Of a stretch of DNA of 64,000 bases, positions 17,376-27,434 are shown one piece after another; the first letter of the stretch is position 1; each line of letters opens with the position of its first letter. The stretch lies in the NCBI GenBank assembly GCA_034428515.1, contig DAOUHQ010000013.1, positions 82,371 through 146,370 of the forward strand. The letters are read 5' to 3'. The stretch is from Dehalococcoidia bacterium. Lineage in GTDB: Bacteria; Chloroflexota; Dehalococcoidia; UBA6926. The notes under the pieces were generated by a model, which saw only the letters and a list, made by a program, of their open reading frames with translations, was not told the origin of the DNA and searched no databases. A program made the translations under genes and the position numbers.

Positions 17376-18341
17376 ATGAGCGACATCTTGACCGGCACTC
17401 CGCCGGAACTTACCTACCTCCACCCTCTTGTCATGCAGGCATGGCAAGTCGTCTGGGGCGTCACATCTGGAATGCTGGTCGCGATCCTCGGCTGGATGGG
17501 CCTGACACTGATCGTGCAGGAGCACCTTGGCGGCGGACGCGCCGGATGGCGAGAGATGGTGCCGCGCCTTGTGTTAGGACTCGTCGGTGCGGCGAGCTCG
17601 CTCTGGTGGTGCGCATTGGTCATCGACGTGGCGGACGCCGTCTCCGGATTCATCGCGTCGTCTCTCGGCGTGACCGCTGGAGACTTCCTCCGCTCAACGC
17701 TGGACACACTGCTACAAGCGGTCAATGCAGGCAGCGTCGGCATGGGGCTGCTGATGGCCCTTTTGTACCTGATCTACGCCTTCTTCGTCCTGTACGTCCT
17801 CATCCAGATGATCCTGCGCATCGCGCTCATCGACATCCTGCTGACCTTGGCTCCTATCGCGCTGGGACTGTGGATCCTGCCGCATACGGCGGGCTGGGGG
17901 CGGCAGTGGCTCAGGACGTTCATGCTGACCGTCTTTCAGCAGTCTGTCCAGCTGATTGCCCTGGCCCTAGGATTCGGGTTCCTCAACGAGTTCGCGGCCA
18001 TCGCGGAATTCGAAGCTGTGCAGGACCTGATCTGGAAGCTGCTTCTGTCGATGGCCTTCATCTACATGGCGGGACGTGTGCCGTCCCTCCTCGGAAACGG
18101 CGGGACGTTCGACGCGTGGCTCCGAACACTGTACTTCGGCATGTCGCTGCCGAGTTCGATCATGCGGTCCAGCCGCGCCATCGGGTTGATCGCCGGCAGC
18201 ACCGCAGGCGGCCCTGCCGGCATTGCTGCAGGAGCAGTCGCTGCAGGCGGAGGGATCGCCGCGCTGAGCGGAAGCATCCGCTCGGCTGCGAGCGGAGTCG
18301 CGGCAGCTCAGGGCGGCACTTTCAGGAGCGCCGATGAGTAG
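17376..18341 (+). CDS. TrbL/VirB6-like polytopic conjugation membrane protein
   Basis: Multiple TM helices, LRIALIDILLTLAPIALGLWILPHT...W pattern, Gly/Ala-rich tail; operon context. Confidence 0.72.
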   Translation: MSDILTGTPPELTYLHPLVMQAWQVVWGVTSGMLVAILGWMGLTLIVQEHLGGGRAGWREMVPRLVLGLVGAASSLWWCALVIDVADAVSGFIASSLGVTAGDFLRSTLDTLLQAVNAGSVGMGLLMALLYLIYAFFVLYVLIQMILRIALIDILLTLAPIALGLWILPHTAGWGRQWLRTFMLTVFQQSVQLIALALGFGFLNEFAAIAEFEAVQDLIWKLLLSMAFIYMAGRVPSLLGNGGTFDAWLRTLYFGMSLPSSIMRSSRAIGLIAGSTAGGPAGIAAGAVAAGGGIAALSGSIRSAASGVAAAQGGTFRSADE

Positions 18342-18465
18342 CAGACGGACCACCGAACGAACAAAACCGACGCGGCGAATCCGTGGACGCGGCGACGTTC
18401 ATACGTGACAGGTTTCGTCTTAGGCCATGGGTGCAGCAGAGGAAGAAAGGAATAGGAGGACAGCG

Positions 18466-18756
18466 ATGGAACAGTTGACGCAGACAATTTCTAACCTGGT
18501 GGGCATCATGCTCGGCTTGGTCGGCGTGGTGGGTGTGGCGTACTTCATCTTCGGCGCGTATCAGTACCTGACTGCAAGCGGCGCACCGAGCCAGATGGAG
18601 CGAGGCAAGAGCGCCATGATGACGGCCATCGCGGGCATCGTTCTCGCCATGGTGGCCTTCGGTGTCGTCGATGTCGTGATGAACGCCGTAGTGAACCCGG
18701 CAGTGGACATCACCGTCCCCGATCCCGGCACGCCCACGCCGACCCCGACGTCATAG
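18466..18756 (+). CDS. TrbC/VirB2-like pilin
   Basis: Two TM helices joined by GAYQYLTASGAPSQMERGKSAM; AGGAGG before ATG 18466. Confidence 0.75.
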   Translation: MEQLTQTISNLVGIMLGLVGVVGVAYFIFGAYQYLTASGAPSQMERGKSAMMTAIAGIVLAMVAFGVVDVVMNAVVNPAVDITVPDPGTPTPTPTS

Positions 18757-18779
18757 GCCGGTTGTGAGAGGAGGAAGCC

Positions 18780-20480
18780 ATGAGAGAACACGAGGTACCG
18801 ACACACGTGCAGGCCGAGGACAAGGTGCTGCTGTGGCTCACCTTTCCGCAGGTGGTGACGCTAATCGCGGTGGCCGCTGCCGCCTACGGGACGTTCAGCT
18901 ACGCGCCCGGACCCACCGCGCTCCGCATCGGTGTCGCCGCAGTCATCGGCTTGGTCGGCGCCGCTGCGGCGGTGGGTCACATTAATGGACGGCGTCTGCC
19001 TATAGTGATCGCCGACTTGCTGAAGTACTGGCTGGGGCCTCGCCGTTTCGCCGGGCAGGTGACGGAACTGATGCGGCTCGCGCCCGTGCTGGTCATCGAG
19101 GCCGACCCAGGGTTGTTTGAGCGAATGCAGGAGAAGGGACGACGGCGATTCCGTCGACTTTGCCGTCGTCGTGACCGACGAAATGGCGGCAAACCCGACC
19201 GCAACTCGGACGAACACGGGAAGCGCAGGCCCAAGGGAGTGAAGCCACCCAAGCGGGACGGTGCGGCAGGGAGAACCACCTTCAGCCAACGGAAGTGGGT
19301 AGTCGGAGCAGCAATGGTCGCTCTCTGCCTCGTTGCCGCCTTGCCTCAGATGGCGTTCGCGCAAGGCGACCGAGACGAGCGTGGTTCGCGCATCTCTGAG
19401 GTGGGGATCGAGTTGCCGCCGCCTGTGCTTGGAAGGCGTGTCTTCGTCGAAAGCATCACAGTCTCCGACGATCGGGCGCGGGTGTCGGTCCGCGCTGCGG
19501 CGGATGTCAGCCTCAGTACAAGGGCGTACGGCGGGGATGACGACGAAACACTGCGATTCGTGGACAGGGTATCGCTACAGCAGGGCGAAGCGGAGACGTT
19601 CGACGTACCGCTGAACGGTGAAAGGCCATCAGTCACTCTCTCATGGGTCGATTCGCTCGGACAGGCGGGTGGGTTCAGTCTGTCAGGCGAACAGATCCCG
19701 CATCCCCTCCCGTCGATGGACGGAGGGCTCTGCGATGCGCAGCTCACATCCCTATCCGTGTCACGCGCCGGTGTCAATGGGACCGTCTCGACGGACTGCA
19801 AGCGGCGAGTGATGGAGACTATGGAATTGCGGACCGTCACCGGCCCCGACCCGGTCGAGATCCTGACCGTAAGGGAGGCGGAGATCACGGGCATTACCGG
19901 ACGGCTGAGCGCCCGTCTCGGCAGTGAAGAGACAGTCGTGCCGCTCGTTACTGACGGAGCGACGTCCTTCAGCGTCGCCGTCGACCCGTCGGCGGGCGTC
20001 CACGACATTTCGCTCAGTGTGGACATCCGCGGTGCGGTGCGCATTCCTGTACCGCCGTTGGTCACGATGCGCACCGTTCCGGAACGGACGGTGAGGCAAT
20101 CACACGTCGTGTCCGTCCTGCGCCCCGGGATCAGCAGAAATGTCTCCGAAACCGTAACCATTCTCTGCGAGGACGGGACTGAGGAACGCCACAGGATTTC
20201 TGTTCGTCTGTCCATCCCAGCCAGGACAATCGAAAAGGCCACAAGAGTCCCAGTCACCTATCAGTCCTACGTCACGGCGGAGATTACGGAACGAGACCCC
20301 GCCATGCGCTGGCGTGACGAGAGAATCCAGATGGCATCGACCGCGTGGGCAGACGCTCCCTACACGGTGTTGGCGTTGCCCGAGCCGGAACCGACGCCAG
20401 AAGTGGCGGAGCAGATTCCTGCGAGCAGTGGCGTCGTCGAAGATCTCTTCGAGAGGATCGGTTGGGAGTGGCCGTGGTGA
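18780..20480 (+). CDS. PrgI (VirB3-like) family protein fused to a large exported beta-rich domain
   Basis: N-terminus HEVPTHVQAEDKVLLWLTFPQ is PrgI-like; internal signal-like segment ending MAFA-Q. Confidence 0.68.
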   Translation: MREHEVPTHVQAEDKVLLWLTFPQVVTLIAVAAAAYGTFSYAPGPTALRIGVAAVIGLVGAAAAVGHINGRRLPIVIADLLKYWLGPRRFAGQVTELMRLAPVLVIEADPGLFERMQEKGRRRFRRLCRRRDRRNGGKPDRNSDEHGKRRPKGVKPPKRDGAAGRTTFSQRKWVVGAAMVALCLVAALPQMAFAQGDRDERGSRISEVGIELPPPVLGRRVFVESITVSDDRARVSVRAAADVSLSTRAYGGDDDETLRFVDRVSLQQGEAETFDVPLNGERPSVTLSWVDSLGQAGGFSLSGEQIPHPLPSMDGGLCDAQLTSLSVSRAGVNGTVSTDCKRRVMETMELRTVTGPDPVEILTVREAEITGITGRLSARLGSEETVVPLVTDGATSFSVAVDPSAGVHDISLSVDIRGAVRIPVPPLVTMRTVPERTVRQSHVVSVLRPGISRNVSETVTILCEDGTEERHRISVRLSIPARTIEKATRVPVTYQSYVTAEITERDPAMRWRDERIQMASTAWADAPYTVLALPEPEPTPEVAEQIPASSGVVEDLFERIGWEWPW

Positions 20481-20788
20481 GACGCCGCGCAGTATCCGCG
20501 GTGGTCGTTGCCGCGGGGATTCTGTCTCTGGGGGCGGTCACACCGGAGCAGCGAGCCATGCTCCACACATTCGACCAGGTGTTGACGGGCATGGTCTACG
20601 CGGCGGCGGGGCTGGCCGTGTTCTCAGTCGTCTGGGCGGGTTTCGTGCTCATGGCGGAGGGCGCGGAAGGCAGGGAAACGGGTCGGGCGCGAAATGCGGT
20701 CCTGCTCGCACTTTCCGGGCTAGTTCTCGTCCTGTCGGCGAAGGTTCTTGCCATTGTCCTCATCAACGGCATAGTCCCGATTCCATGA
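20477..20788 (+). CDS. Second VirB2/pilin-like membrane protein
   Basis: GTG overlaps the upstream TGA; TM-loop(AEGAEGRETGRARNAV)-TM architecture like the first pilin. Confidence 0.6.
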   Translation: MRRRAVSAVVVAAGILSLGAVTPEQRAMLHTFDQVLTGMVYAAAGLAVFSVVWAGFVLMAEGAEGRETGRARNAVLLALSGLVLVLSAKVLAIVLINGIVPIP

Positions 20789-20805
20789 CAGAGGGAGAGT
20801 CCACC

Positions 20806-23025
20806 ATGAAAGACATGCAGAACGGGGCCGAGAGGCCCGACCCAACCACAGACGACGGCCAGCTCACGCGGTTCTTCATGATCTCGCACGTCGAGGACGA
20901 TGGTCCGGTACGTGCGGACGGCGTCAAGCTCGGAATCCTAGAATCGCTTGGCCTCGAACTCGACGAGGCGAAGCTCGGGGCGTTCGCGGGGGCACTCAAC
21001 GCGATAGACTTCCCGGTGCAGCTTCTCATCAGGCAACATGCACCGGAACTTAGCCGTTTACGCGCGCAGTTGACGACCGATCAGCCGGAGAACTTGCCTC
21101 CACGGACGGCCTCTGCCGCCGATTCCCTGCGTGGATTGCTGACCGACCTGGAAAGCCGCGAGGGCGTTGTCGACCGTCGATTCTACGCCGTCTGCGCGTT
21201 CGAGCGGATTGACGATCTGCGTGGCCTCATGGTGCGCGCAGGACTGGCGGTCAATCACATGACTGGCCGCCAGTTGCGGATGCTGATTCTCTCGTCTGCA
21301 GCGGGCAATTCCCCGCGAGAAGTCGGAAATGAGGAAGGCCTTGAGATTGAGATCCGGCGGCGTGAGATTCGTGTGGGGGATACGCTTGCGCGGGCTCTGC
21401 ACCTTGGCAAGTGGCCCCGCGCGTTGATACCCGGTTTTCTTCAGGCTCTGATGGCGTCCGGTACACGGATGGACGTGTCAATCCATCTCGGCCCCATACC
21501 CGCCGATCAGGCATCCCGCACGCTTGAATGGCAAAAGGTGCGGTTCGAGTCGGCCCAATCATTGTCACTGCGGCGGGGCAGGACCATGTCGCCGGAGGCG
21601 GAGATTGCGCTGGAGGACGTGAGGCGTCTGCGGGATGAAGTGCAGCGGGGAAGGGAGCGACTCTTTCATTCCTCGCTGTCCATCACCCTGTACGCCCGCG
21701 ACGAGACAGAACTCAAGGAGACGACGCAGGGTGTCCGGGCCCATTTCGCGGCCACCCTTGGCAAGATCGATACCTTGCCGTTCCGGCAGCGTGAGGGCCT
21801 CTTGTCGTCACTGCCCATAGGGCTGAATTCTATCGGGACGTGGCGGACACTGGACACGTCCTCGCTCGCGCGGCTCTTCCCCTTCTCCCCGCCCGACCTC
21901 GACACACGCAGCGGCACGCTCTACGGCATCGACCTGCGCTCGTCGTCTCCCATTGTCTATGACCCGTTCGACGGCACACACCTGAACGCCAATACAGCCG
22001 TGCTCGCTCGATCCGGCAGCGGCAAGTCTTTTGCCACGAAACTCGGCGTGCTGCGCGGCATCTGCCGCGGGGTAACCGCGTACGTCATCGATCCCGAGGG
22101 CGAGTATGCAGATATGGCGCGGGCGGCGGGAGGCCGCGTTCTCTCACCGGGAGTGCCGGGCCAAGGCATGAATCCGTTCGTCATCGACCGCTCCGACAGC
22201 GAGGAATTGCTGCTTCGCATCGGCAGCTTGAGGCGTCTGATCGAGGTCATGGTCGGTGAACCGCTCGGCGCTGAGAGGAGAGCAGTTCTGGACCATGCGC
22301 TTGCCGCCTACTACATGGAGCCCAGAGAGAGAACGGGGTTTCGGGACTTCTACGAGCACCTGAAAGAGCACGGCGACGGAGTCTTGGATAAACTGCTCAG
22401 GCCGTTCGCGACGGGCAGCCTCAGGCATCTCCTTACGGATGAGGGTGACGATCTGTTGATCAACGAGGCTCCGGTCACCGTGTTCGATCTCCGGCTGCTT
22501 GAGCCCGAACTGCGCCCTGCGGCCGCAATGGTCTGCACGGAAACGGTCTGGACTGCGGCCGCACAGAATCCGAAACCTCGAGTGCTCGTCGTTGATGAGG
22601 TCTGGTCGATAATGCAGCATCCTGAAGGAGCGGCATTCATGGTCAGCATGGCCAAGCGCGCCCGAAAGCACCGGCTTGGTCTGCAGTTCATTACTCAGGA
22701 CGTGCAGGATCTGTTGTCCGAGGACACGTCGCGTGCTATCACCGGCCATTCAGGTCGTGCGTTGCTCCAGAACGCCGCTTTCAAGCTGCTGCTTCAACAG
22801 GACGCGGCGGCCATCGGCACAGTCGGTGACGCATTCGATCTCCCCGATGATCTCCAACGTTGGCTAATCTCTTGTCCGCGTGGAGACGGCCTGTTGCTGG
22901 CGCGCGGCGGAAGGTTCCCGATTCGCATCGAGGCCACGAGGGAGGAGGCCGAGGTCATTGAATGGAGGCCCGGCCGCCATCGACGACAGACCGTTACATC
23001 AAACAGCGCGGAGGTGACGCAATGA
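20806..23025 (+). CDS. virB4: VirB4-like conjugation ATPase
   Basis: Walker A ARSGSGKS, VIDPEGEY, Walker B LVVDEVW, KRARKH, ITQDVQD. Start set at 20806 (GAGGGAG upstream). Confidence 0.9.
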   Translation: MKDMQNGAERPDPTTDDGQLTRFFMISHVEDDGPVRADGVKLGILESLGLELDEAKLGAFAGALNAIDFPVQLLIRQHAPELSRLRAQLTTDQPENLPPRTASAADSLRGLLTDLESREGVVDRRFYAVCAFERIDDLRGLMVRAGLAVNHMTGRQLRMLILSSAAGNSPREVGNEEGLEIEIRRREIRVGDTLARALHLGKWPRALIPGFLQALMASGTRMDVSIHLGPIPADQASRTLEWQKVRFESAQSLSLRRGRTMSPEAEIALEDVRRLRDEVQRGRERLFHSSLSITLYARDETELKETTQGVRAHFAATLGKIDTLPFRQREGLLSSLPIGLNSIGTWRTLDTSSLARLFPFSPPDLDTRSGTLYGIDLRSSSPIVYDPFDGTHLNANTAVLARSGSGKSFATKLGVLRGICRGVTAYVIDPEGEYADMARAAGGRVLSPGVPGQGMNPFVIDRSDSEELLLRIGSLRRLIEVMVGEPLGAERRAVLDHALAAYYMEPRERTGFRDFYEHLKEHGDGVLDKLLRPFATGSLRHLLTDEGDDLLINEAPVTVFDLRLLEPELRPAAAMVCTETVWTAAAQNPKPRVLVVDEVWSIMQHPEGAAFMVSMAKRARKHRLGLQFITQDVQDLLSEDTSRAITGHSGRALLQNAAFKLLLQQDAAAIGTVGDAFDLPDDLQRWLISCPRGDGLLLARGGRFPIRIEATREEAEVIEWRPGRHRRQTVTSNSAEVTQ

Positions 23026-25619
23026 GAAACGAATCCCTCATCAAAGGGCTGAAACGCACCAGTGGCGAACTTTCCCATGAACTCCTTGCCGTCATGCCGC
23101 CACGGAGCGGCGAACGAACCCTGCTCGCAGTGGAGAACCTGCTCCAGTCAATCGCCCAGCCTGAGCCGTTCTCGCTTGAACTCGTCGGCGATCGGGACGG
23201 CGTGCGACTGCTTGTGCGCTGCCTCGATTCGCAAATGGTGGCGAGTCAGATTGCTGCCCACTATCCACAGGCCCGTGTCGCTTCGCTGGGAGCGGCCGAC
23301 GATCCCATGCTCGTCGGCGAAGGTCACGATGCATGGACGATGCATCTTCGTTCTAGCGGCCCGGAACCGCTTTCTCTTCGCCAGGCGAAGGACGAGGTTC
23401 TCCTCGAAGAGGGCTCCGATCCAATGCTCGCCGTAGTCGGTGCTCTCTCATCGCTGCGATCCGGCGAACGAATTATCTCCCGCCTTCTTCTCCGGTCGAT
23501 TGGCCAGGAGTGGTCGACAACTTACGAATCGGAACTTGACACCCAGAAGACGGCCACTCGCAGCCCGGAGCGGGAATCGCAGGTCAGTCGCGGAGAAATC
23601 ATGCGACTGATGCTGCTCGGCGGCGGAGCGCTCGTTGGACTGAAGGTGTGGCAGCTCTGGCAGGCTGGAGACGAGTTGAAGGCAATCGGACTCGCGGTCG
23701 GCGCGGTGTTCGCCACGCTGACCGCTGCGATCCTGTGGGCGCGGTTCATAGGAAGTGGCTCCCGCATCCACGATGCGCCGCCGGTCAGGGAAAAACTCTC
23801 CCGCATGGCTTTCGACGGGGAACTCCAGGTCACCGCAATCGTAAGCGAGCGGGCGGGCAGGCGCCGCGGCGAGGAGCTCCTTCATCATGTCGCGGTGGCC
23901 TACCACCACTACGATAACCCGGCCGGGGCGCACTTCGTCGCCGGCAAGATACGGCCTTTGTCCGGGACCGTCGAACTCGGCCCTTCGAGCCCTGGGTTCT
24001 TTCGAAGGCGCAGCGTCCTCGGCGTCAGTGAGGTCGCCAGCCTCTGGCATCCACCCAACACGCGCGACGAGACGCCGCCAATCGAGCGATCCGGGTCGCG
24101 CGTCCTCTCGCCGTTATTTCAGGAGATGAGCAATGGCGCACACGCGGGCAACGCGACGACGGATTCTCGCGAACAGATCCGTTTCCCCGACGACCTGCTT
24201 CGTCGCCATCACCTTTATGTCGCCCGCACGCGCATGGGCAAGTCTACGCTCATGCAGCACATCGTGGCACACAAAATGGCTCAGAAGGCCGAGGGCCGCG
24301 ATGATGACGCCATCGTGGTCATTGATCCTCACGCCGACCTTGTGGCCTCTCTACTGGAGCACGTGCCTGATGAACTGGCGGACAGCGTTCGGCTCATCGA
24401 CCTTGCCGATCCCAATGGCGCGCCAGGAATCAACCTGCTGGACACCCGCATCTTCACAGACCGCGACCGTACGGCGGACTCCGTTGTTCGCATCGCTCGC
24501 GGGCTGTGGGATCAGTGGGGGCCCCGCATGCAGTCGATTCTGGAGCAGGTCGTCAAGACGCTCCACGAAGCCAATGAACAGAGAGAAGCGGATGAGCAAT
24601 ACACAATCCTCGACGGTCTCCGGCTCCTCGCCTCTAACAACGAATCCTTCAGGCACGGCGTGCTGAGGGACGTGGACGACGTCCACCTTCTGGAGTGGTG
24701 GGCACGCGATTTCACGAGCTGGCACCGCCAGTACCAGTCCGAAGCTCTGGCTCCCGTCCAGACTCGTCTTTCCTATTACGCCACGTCGAAGAAGGCTCGG
24801 GCCATCCTCGGCCAGAGCCGGTCAACCGTCGACATTCGGCAGACTATCCGGGATGGCGGCATCCTCCTAGTCTCGACGGCGCAGGGTGTTGCTGGACGCG
24901 ATGTGTCCGCCCTCGTGGGCTCATCGCTACTCAACCTCGTCGATGCAGTGATCCGCGAACAGGGCGAGAGACCAATCGAGGAGCGCCGCCCGGTGCTGGT
25001 CGTGGTTGACGAGATGCAGTCGATGCCCGGGGTGGACTACGATTCCATGTTGTCGGAGCTGGGGAAGTTCGGAGCGAGCTTCGTCCTCGCCACTCAGAGC
25101 CTCGCCAAGCTCGACGATCTTTCGCGTTCGATGCGCTACAGCGTGCTGGCTAACGTCGGTTGTCTGGCCGTCTTCCAGGTGGCCGCGTCCGATGCCCGCC
25201 AACTCGTCGACGAATTGGGAACCGATCGCGTCACCCAAGACGACATCACCTCGCTGCCCGTCCATCACTGCTACGTCCGCGCAACCGTCGGTACGCGGCG
25301 AATGCCCACGTTCTCGATGGAGGTCCGCAAGCCGCAACCGGGAAACACGGGCACGGCGCGGCGCATAAGGCAGGCCACGGAGGAGTACACGACAGGGCAC
25401 GCGACGCTGGTGGCTCGCGACGCCAGCCTCGACCGTCTGGTCGCGGACTATCGGAAGAACGAGGAGGAAAAGCAGCCGGCATCCGGTGGTGAGCATTCTC
25501 CGGCTTCGGTAGTGTCTTCAACTGAGACGGCTAGACCACATCGAAGGAGGCGAGACGAGAGCGCAGGCAGTTCCAGCGATTCGAGCAAGCGGCAAGCGCG
25601 GGAGGGCAGGGCGAGATGA
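23022..25619 (+). CDS. virD4: VirD4/TraG-like type IV coupling protein
   Basis: Two TM helices; RHHLYVARTRMGKST (Walker A variant), VIDPHADL, VVVDEMQ, ELGKFG, LATQSL. ATG overlaps the virB4 stop. Confidence 0.88.
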   Translation: MRNESLIKGLKRTSGELSHELLAVMPPRSGERTLLAVENLLQSIAQPEPFSLELVGDRDGVRLLVRCLDSQMVASQIAAHYPQARVASLGAADDPMLVGEGHDAWTMHLRSSGPEPLSLRQAKDEVLLEEGSDPMLAVVGALSSLRSGERIISRLLLRSIGQEWSTTYESELDTQKTATRSPERESQVSRGEIMRLMLLGGGALVGLKVWQLWQAGDELKAIGLAVGAVFATLTAAILWARFIGSGSRIHDAPPVREKLSRMAFDGELQVTAIVSERAGRRRGEELLHHVAVAYHHYDNPAGAHFVAGKIRPLSGTVELGPSSPGFFRRRSVLGVSEVASLWHPPNTRDETPPIERSGSRVLSPLFQEMSNGAHAGNATTDSREQIRFPDDLLRRHHLYVARTRMGKSTLMQHIVAHKMAQKAEGRDDDAIVVIDPHADLVASLLEHVPDELADSVRLIDLADPNGAPGINLLDTRIFTDRDRTADSVVRIARGLWDQWGPRMQSILEQVVKTLHEANEQREADEQYTILDGLRLLASNNESFRHGVLRDVDDVHLLEWWARDFTSWHRQYQSEALAPVQTRLSYYATSKKARAILGQSRSTVDIRQTIRDGGILLVSTAQGVAGRDVSALVGSSLLNLVDAVIREQGERPIEERRPVLVVVDEMQSMPGVDYDSMLSELGKFGASFVLATQSLAKLDDLSRSMRYSVLANVGCLAVFQVAASDARQLVDELGTDRVTQDDITSLPVHHCYVRATVGTRRMPTFSMEVRKPQPGNTGTARRIRQATEEYTTGHATLVARDASLDRLVADYRKNEEEKQPASGGEHSPASVVSSTETARPHRRRRDESAGSSSDSSKRQAREGRAR

Positions 25620-27178
25620 AAGAAGGCACGTCGTCGGATCGGATTATTGCTCGACTCGCTGAGATGCCCTTCATCGACCGCCTCGAACTGTCATCACTCA
25701 CTGGCCTGCCGGAGAGCACCGTCTCACAGGCAGCGAGTCGGCTCATGGAAGCCGGTCTCATCACAGCCGTCCCCCACAGGCCGGAGCACGGGTCTCACAC
25801 CAAGCGTTTCTCACTCACAGCCGAGGGCATTCATCAACTGGCGAAGAGTGAAGAAAAATCGGTGGACGACATTATTAGATCACATCCTATATCGGCCCAG
25901 TGGCGGCACCTCCTTCTTCCGCGTCTCGACGCCCTTGCCGTCGTTTACTCGGTGATTGAGACGATATCCGGAGTTGCGACCCCAATCTCGGTCCGCTTGT
26001 ACCGGTCGCATCCATTGGACGCGGTGGTGACCCTGCCGGACGGCCGAACGATCGGCATCAGCCGCCAAGGCCGCACGACGGACAAGTCATCGTTCGGCAA
26101 GCGGTTGCAGCGGCTCTTTCAAGGGCCATTGCCGGGGTCCCTACTGTTCATTGTCCAAGACGAGATACGCTTGCGTCACACCCGCCGGACGCTCTCTCCG
26201 ATGCGAGCGCCGGTGTTTATAGGACTTGAGAAGGACGCTGTAACCGCATTCGTAAACGACACCGTCTGGCAACGACCGGGGAACGGGGCGCGATTCGACA
26301 TGGATTCCATCGTCGAAAAATCTGCCAATGCAGGGGGAATGCCCGCGGAACGGATCGCCTCACGAGCCTCGCTGCCTGTTGGCGTGCCCACCGGCACTGC
26401 CCTGTCAGAGACTCCTCCCCACCTCCTGCCGTCCGCCCTACAGCCCGCGGACAAACGCGTTTTGGATATGCTGGCCGACTGGCCGGGGATATCTCCTCAG
26501 AATCTGCGGCTGCTGCTCGGCCTCAGCCCGGCCCGAATCTCTCAAGTGCTTTCACGCCTGAACGCAGCGGAGCTGGTGCTTGAAATCGACCTGAAAGGGC
26601 GTCGGCTCGTTCCGACGGATCGTGCGCTTGCCCTCATCGCGCGGCGTGATCGCACGTCCGTCGGTGTTGCCCAACGTAGGTGGAGCATGGGGTCCATCGC
26701 ACTAGGAACGCCTGTCGACTGGCGAGACGTGCCGGGACGACGCCTGCGCCAGCTGCTTCGCCACATTGAACACACGGACGCCGTCCACACCTATCTCGCG
26801 TCCACGGTTTCCGCGGCTTCGAAGAGTGGATGGGAGGTCGTTCAACTGGACCCGCCGCACCGCGCTTCTCGCTACTTCAGGTACGAAAACGGTCAACGCT
26901 CCGTCCATCCTGATGCATTCTTCATGCTCCGCCGTGGCGACGAGACCAAAGCATACTTCCTGGAATGGGAGCGTCGCGCGGTCCGACCGAGCACGATGCG
27001 GGAGCGCCTGGCTCCCTATCTCCGCTACTACTCGACAAAGAGACCCCTGGACGACCACGGGGTCGCTCCTACGGTGCTTATCGTGGTCGAAGACAAGGTC
27101 ATAGTGCCCCACTTCGGACGGATTGCGGGTGAGGAGATGGTTCGCTCGGGAGTTCGGATTCCCCTGAGCGTCCGGTGA
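25616..27178 (+). CDS. Replication-relaxation (Replic_Relax) family protein, candidate relaxase
   Basis: wHTH followed by HTDAVH, VHPDAFF, YFLEWER; directly downstream of the coupling protein. Confidence 0.72.
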   Translation: MKEGTSSDRIIARLAEMPFIDRLELSSLTGLPESTVSQAASRLMEAGLITAVPHRPEHGSHTKRFSLTAEGIHQLAKSEEKSVDDIIRSHPISAQWRHLLLPRLDALAVVYSVIETISGVATPISVRLYRSHPLDAVVTLPDGRTIGISRQGRTTDKSSFGKRLQRLFQGPLPGSLLFIVQDEIRLRHTRRTLSPMRAPVFIGLEKDAVTAFVNDTVWQRPGNGARFDMDSIVEKSANAGGMPAERIASRASLPVGVPTGTALSETPPHLLPSALQPADKRVLDMLADWPGISPQNLRLLLGLSPARISQVLSRLNAAELVLEIDLKGRRLVPTDRALALIARRDRTSVGVAQRRWSMGSIALGTPVDWRDVPGRRLRQLLRHIEHTDAVHTYLASTVSAASKSGWEVVQLDPPHRASRYFRYENGQRSVHPDAFFMLRRGDETKAYFLEWERRAVRPSTMRERLAPYLRYYSTKRPLDDHGVAPTVLIVVEDKVIVPHFGRIAGEEMVRSGVRIPLSVR

Positions 27179-27434
27179 CCTCGTGCTCCGCCGGGCTCAG
27201 CAGCACGTCCACGAGGCCCAGTGCGTGTGCGACTGTGAGGAGACGCATGAAATTCCTGGCGTCGGGTTTCACGCCCCTGCGCCACTCCCGGAGCCGATAA
27301 GGAGTTACGCCCAACTGCCGGGCCAGCCCGCCCCATGAGAGCCCCGATCTTTCCTTGAACCGTTTGATTCGCTGAGGAAAGTCTTCGGGAAACTCGAAGC
27401 GGTGCGAATAGCGTCTCTGTTCACGCGCCGCCAT
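27099..27434 (-). CDS. XRE-family HTH protein 4
   Basis: DFPQRIKRFKERSGLSWGGLARQLGVTPYRLREWRRGVKP. Confidence 0.75.
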   Translation of the reverse strand: MAAREQRRYSHRFEFPEDFPQRIKRFKERSGLSWGGLARQLGVTPYRLREWRRGVKPDARNFMRLLTVAHALGLVDVLLSPAEHEVTGRSGESELPSEPSPHPQSVRSGAL

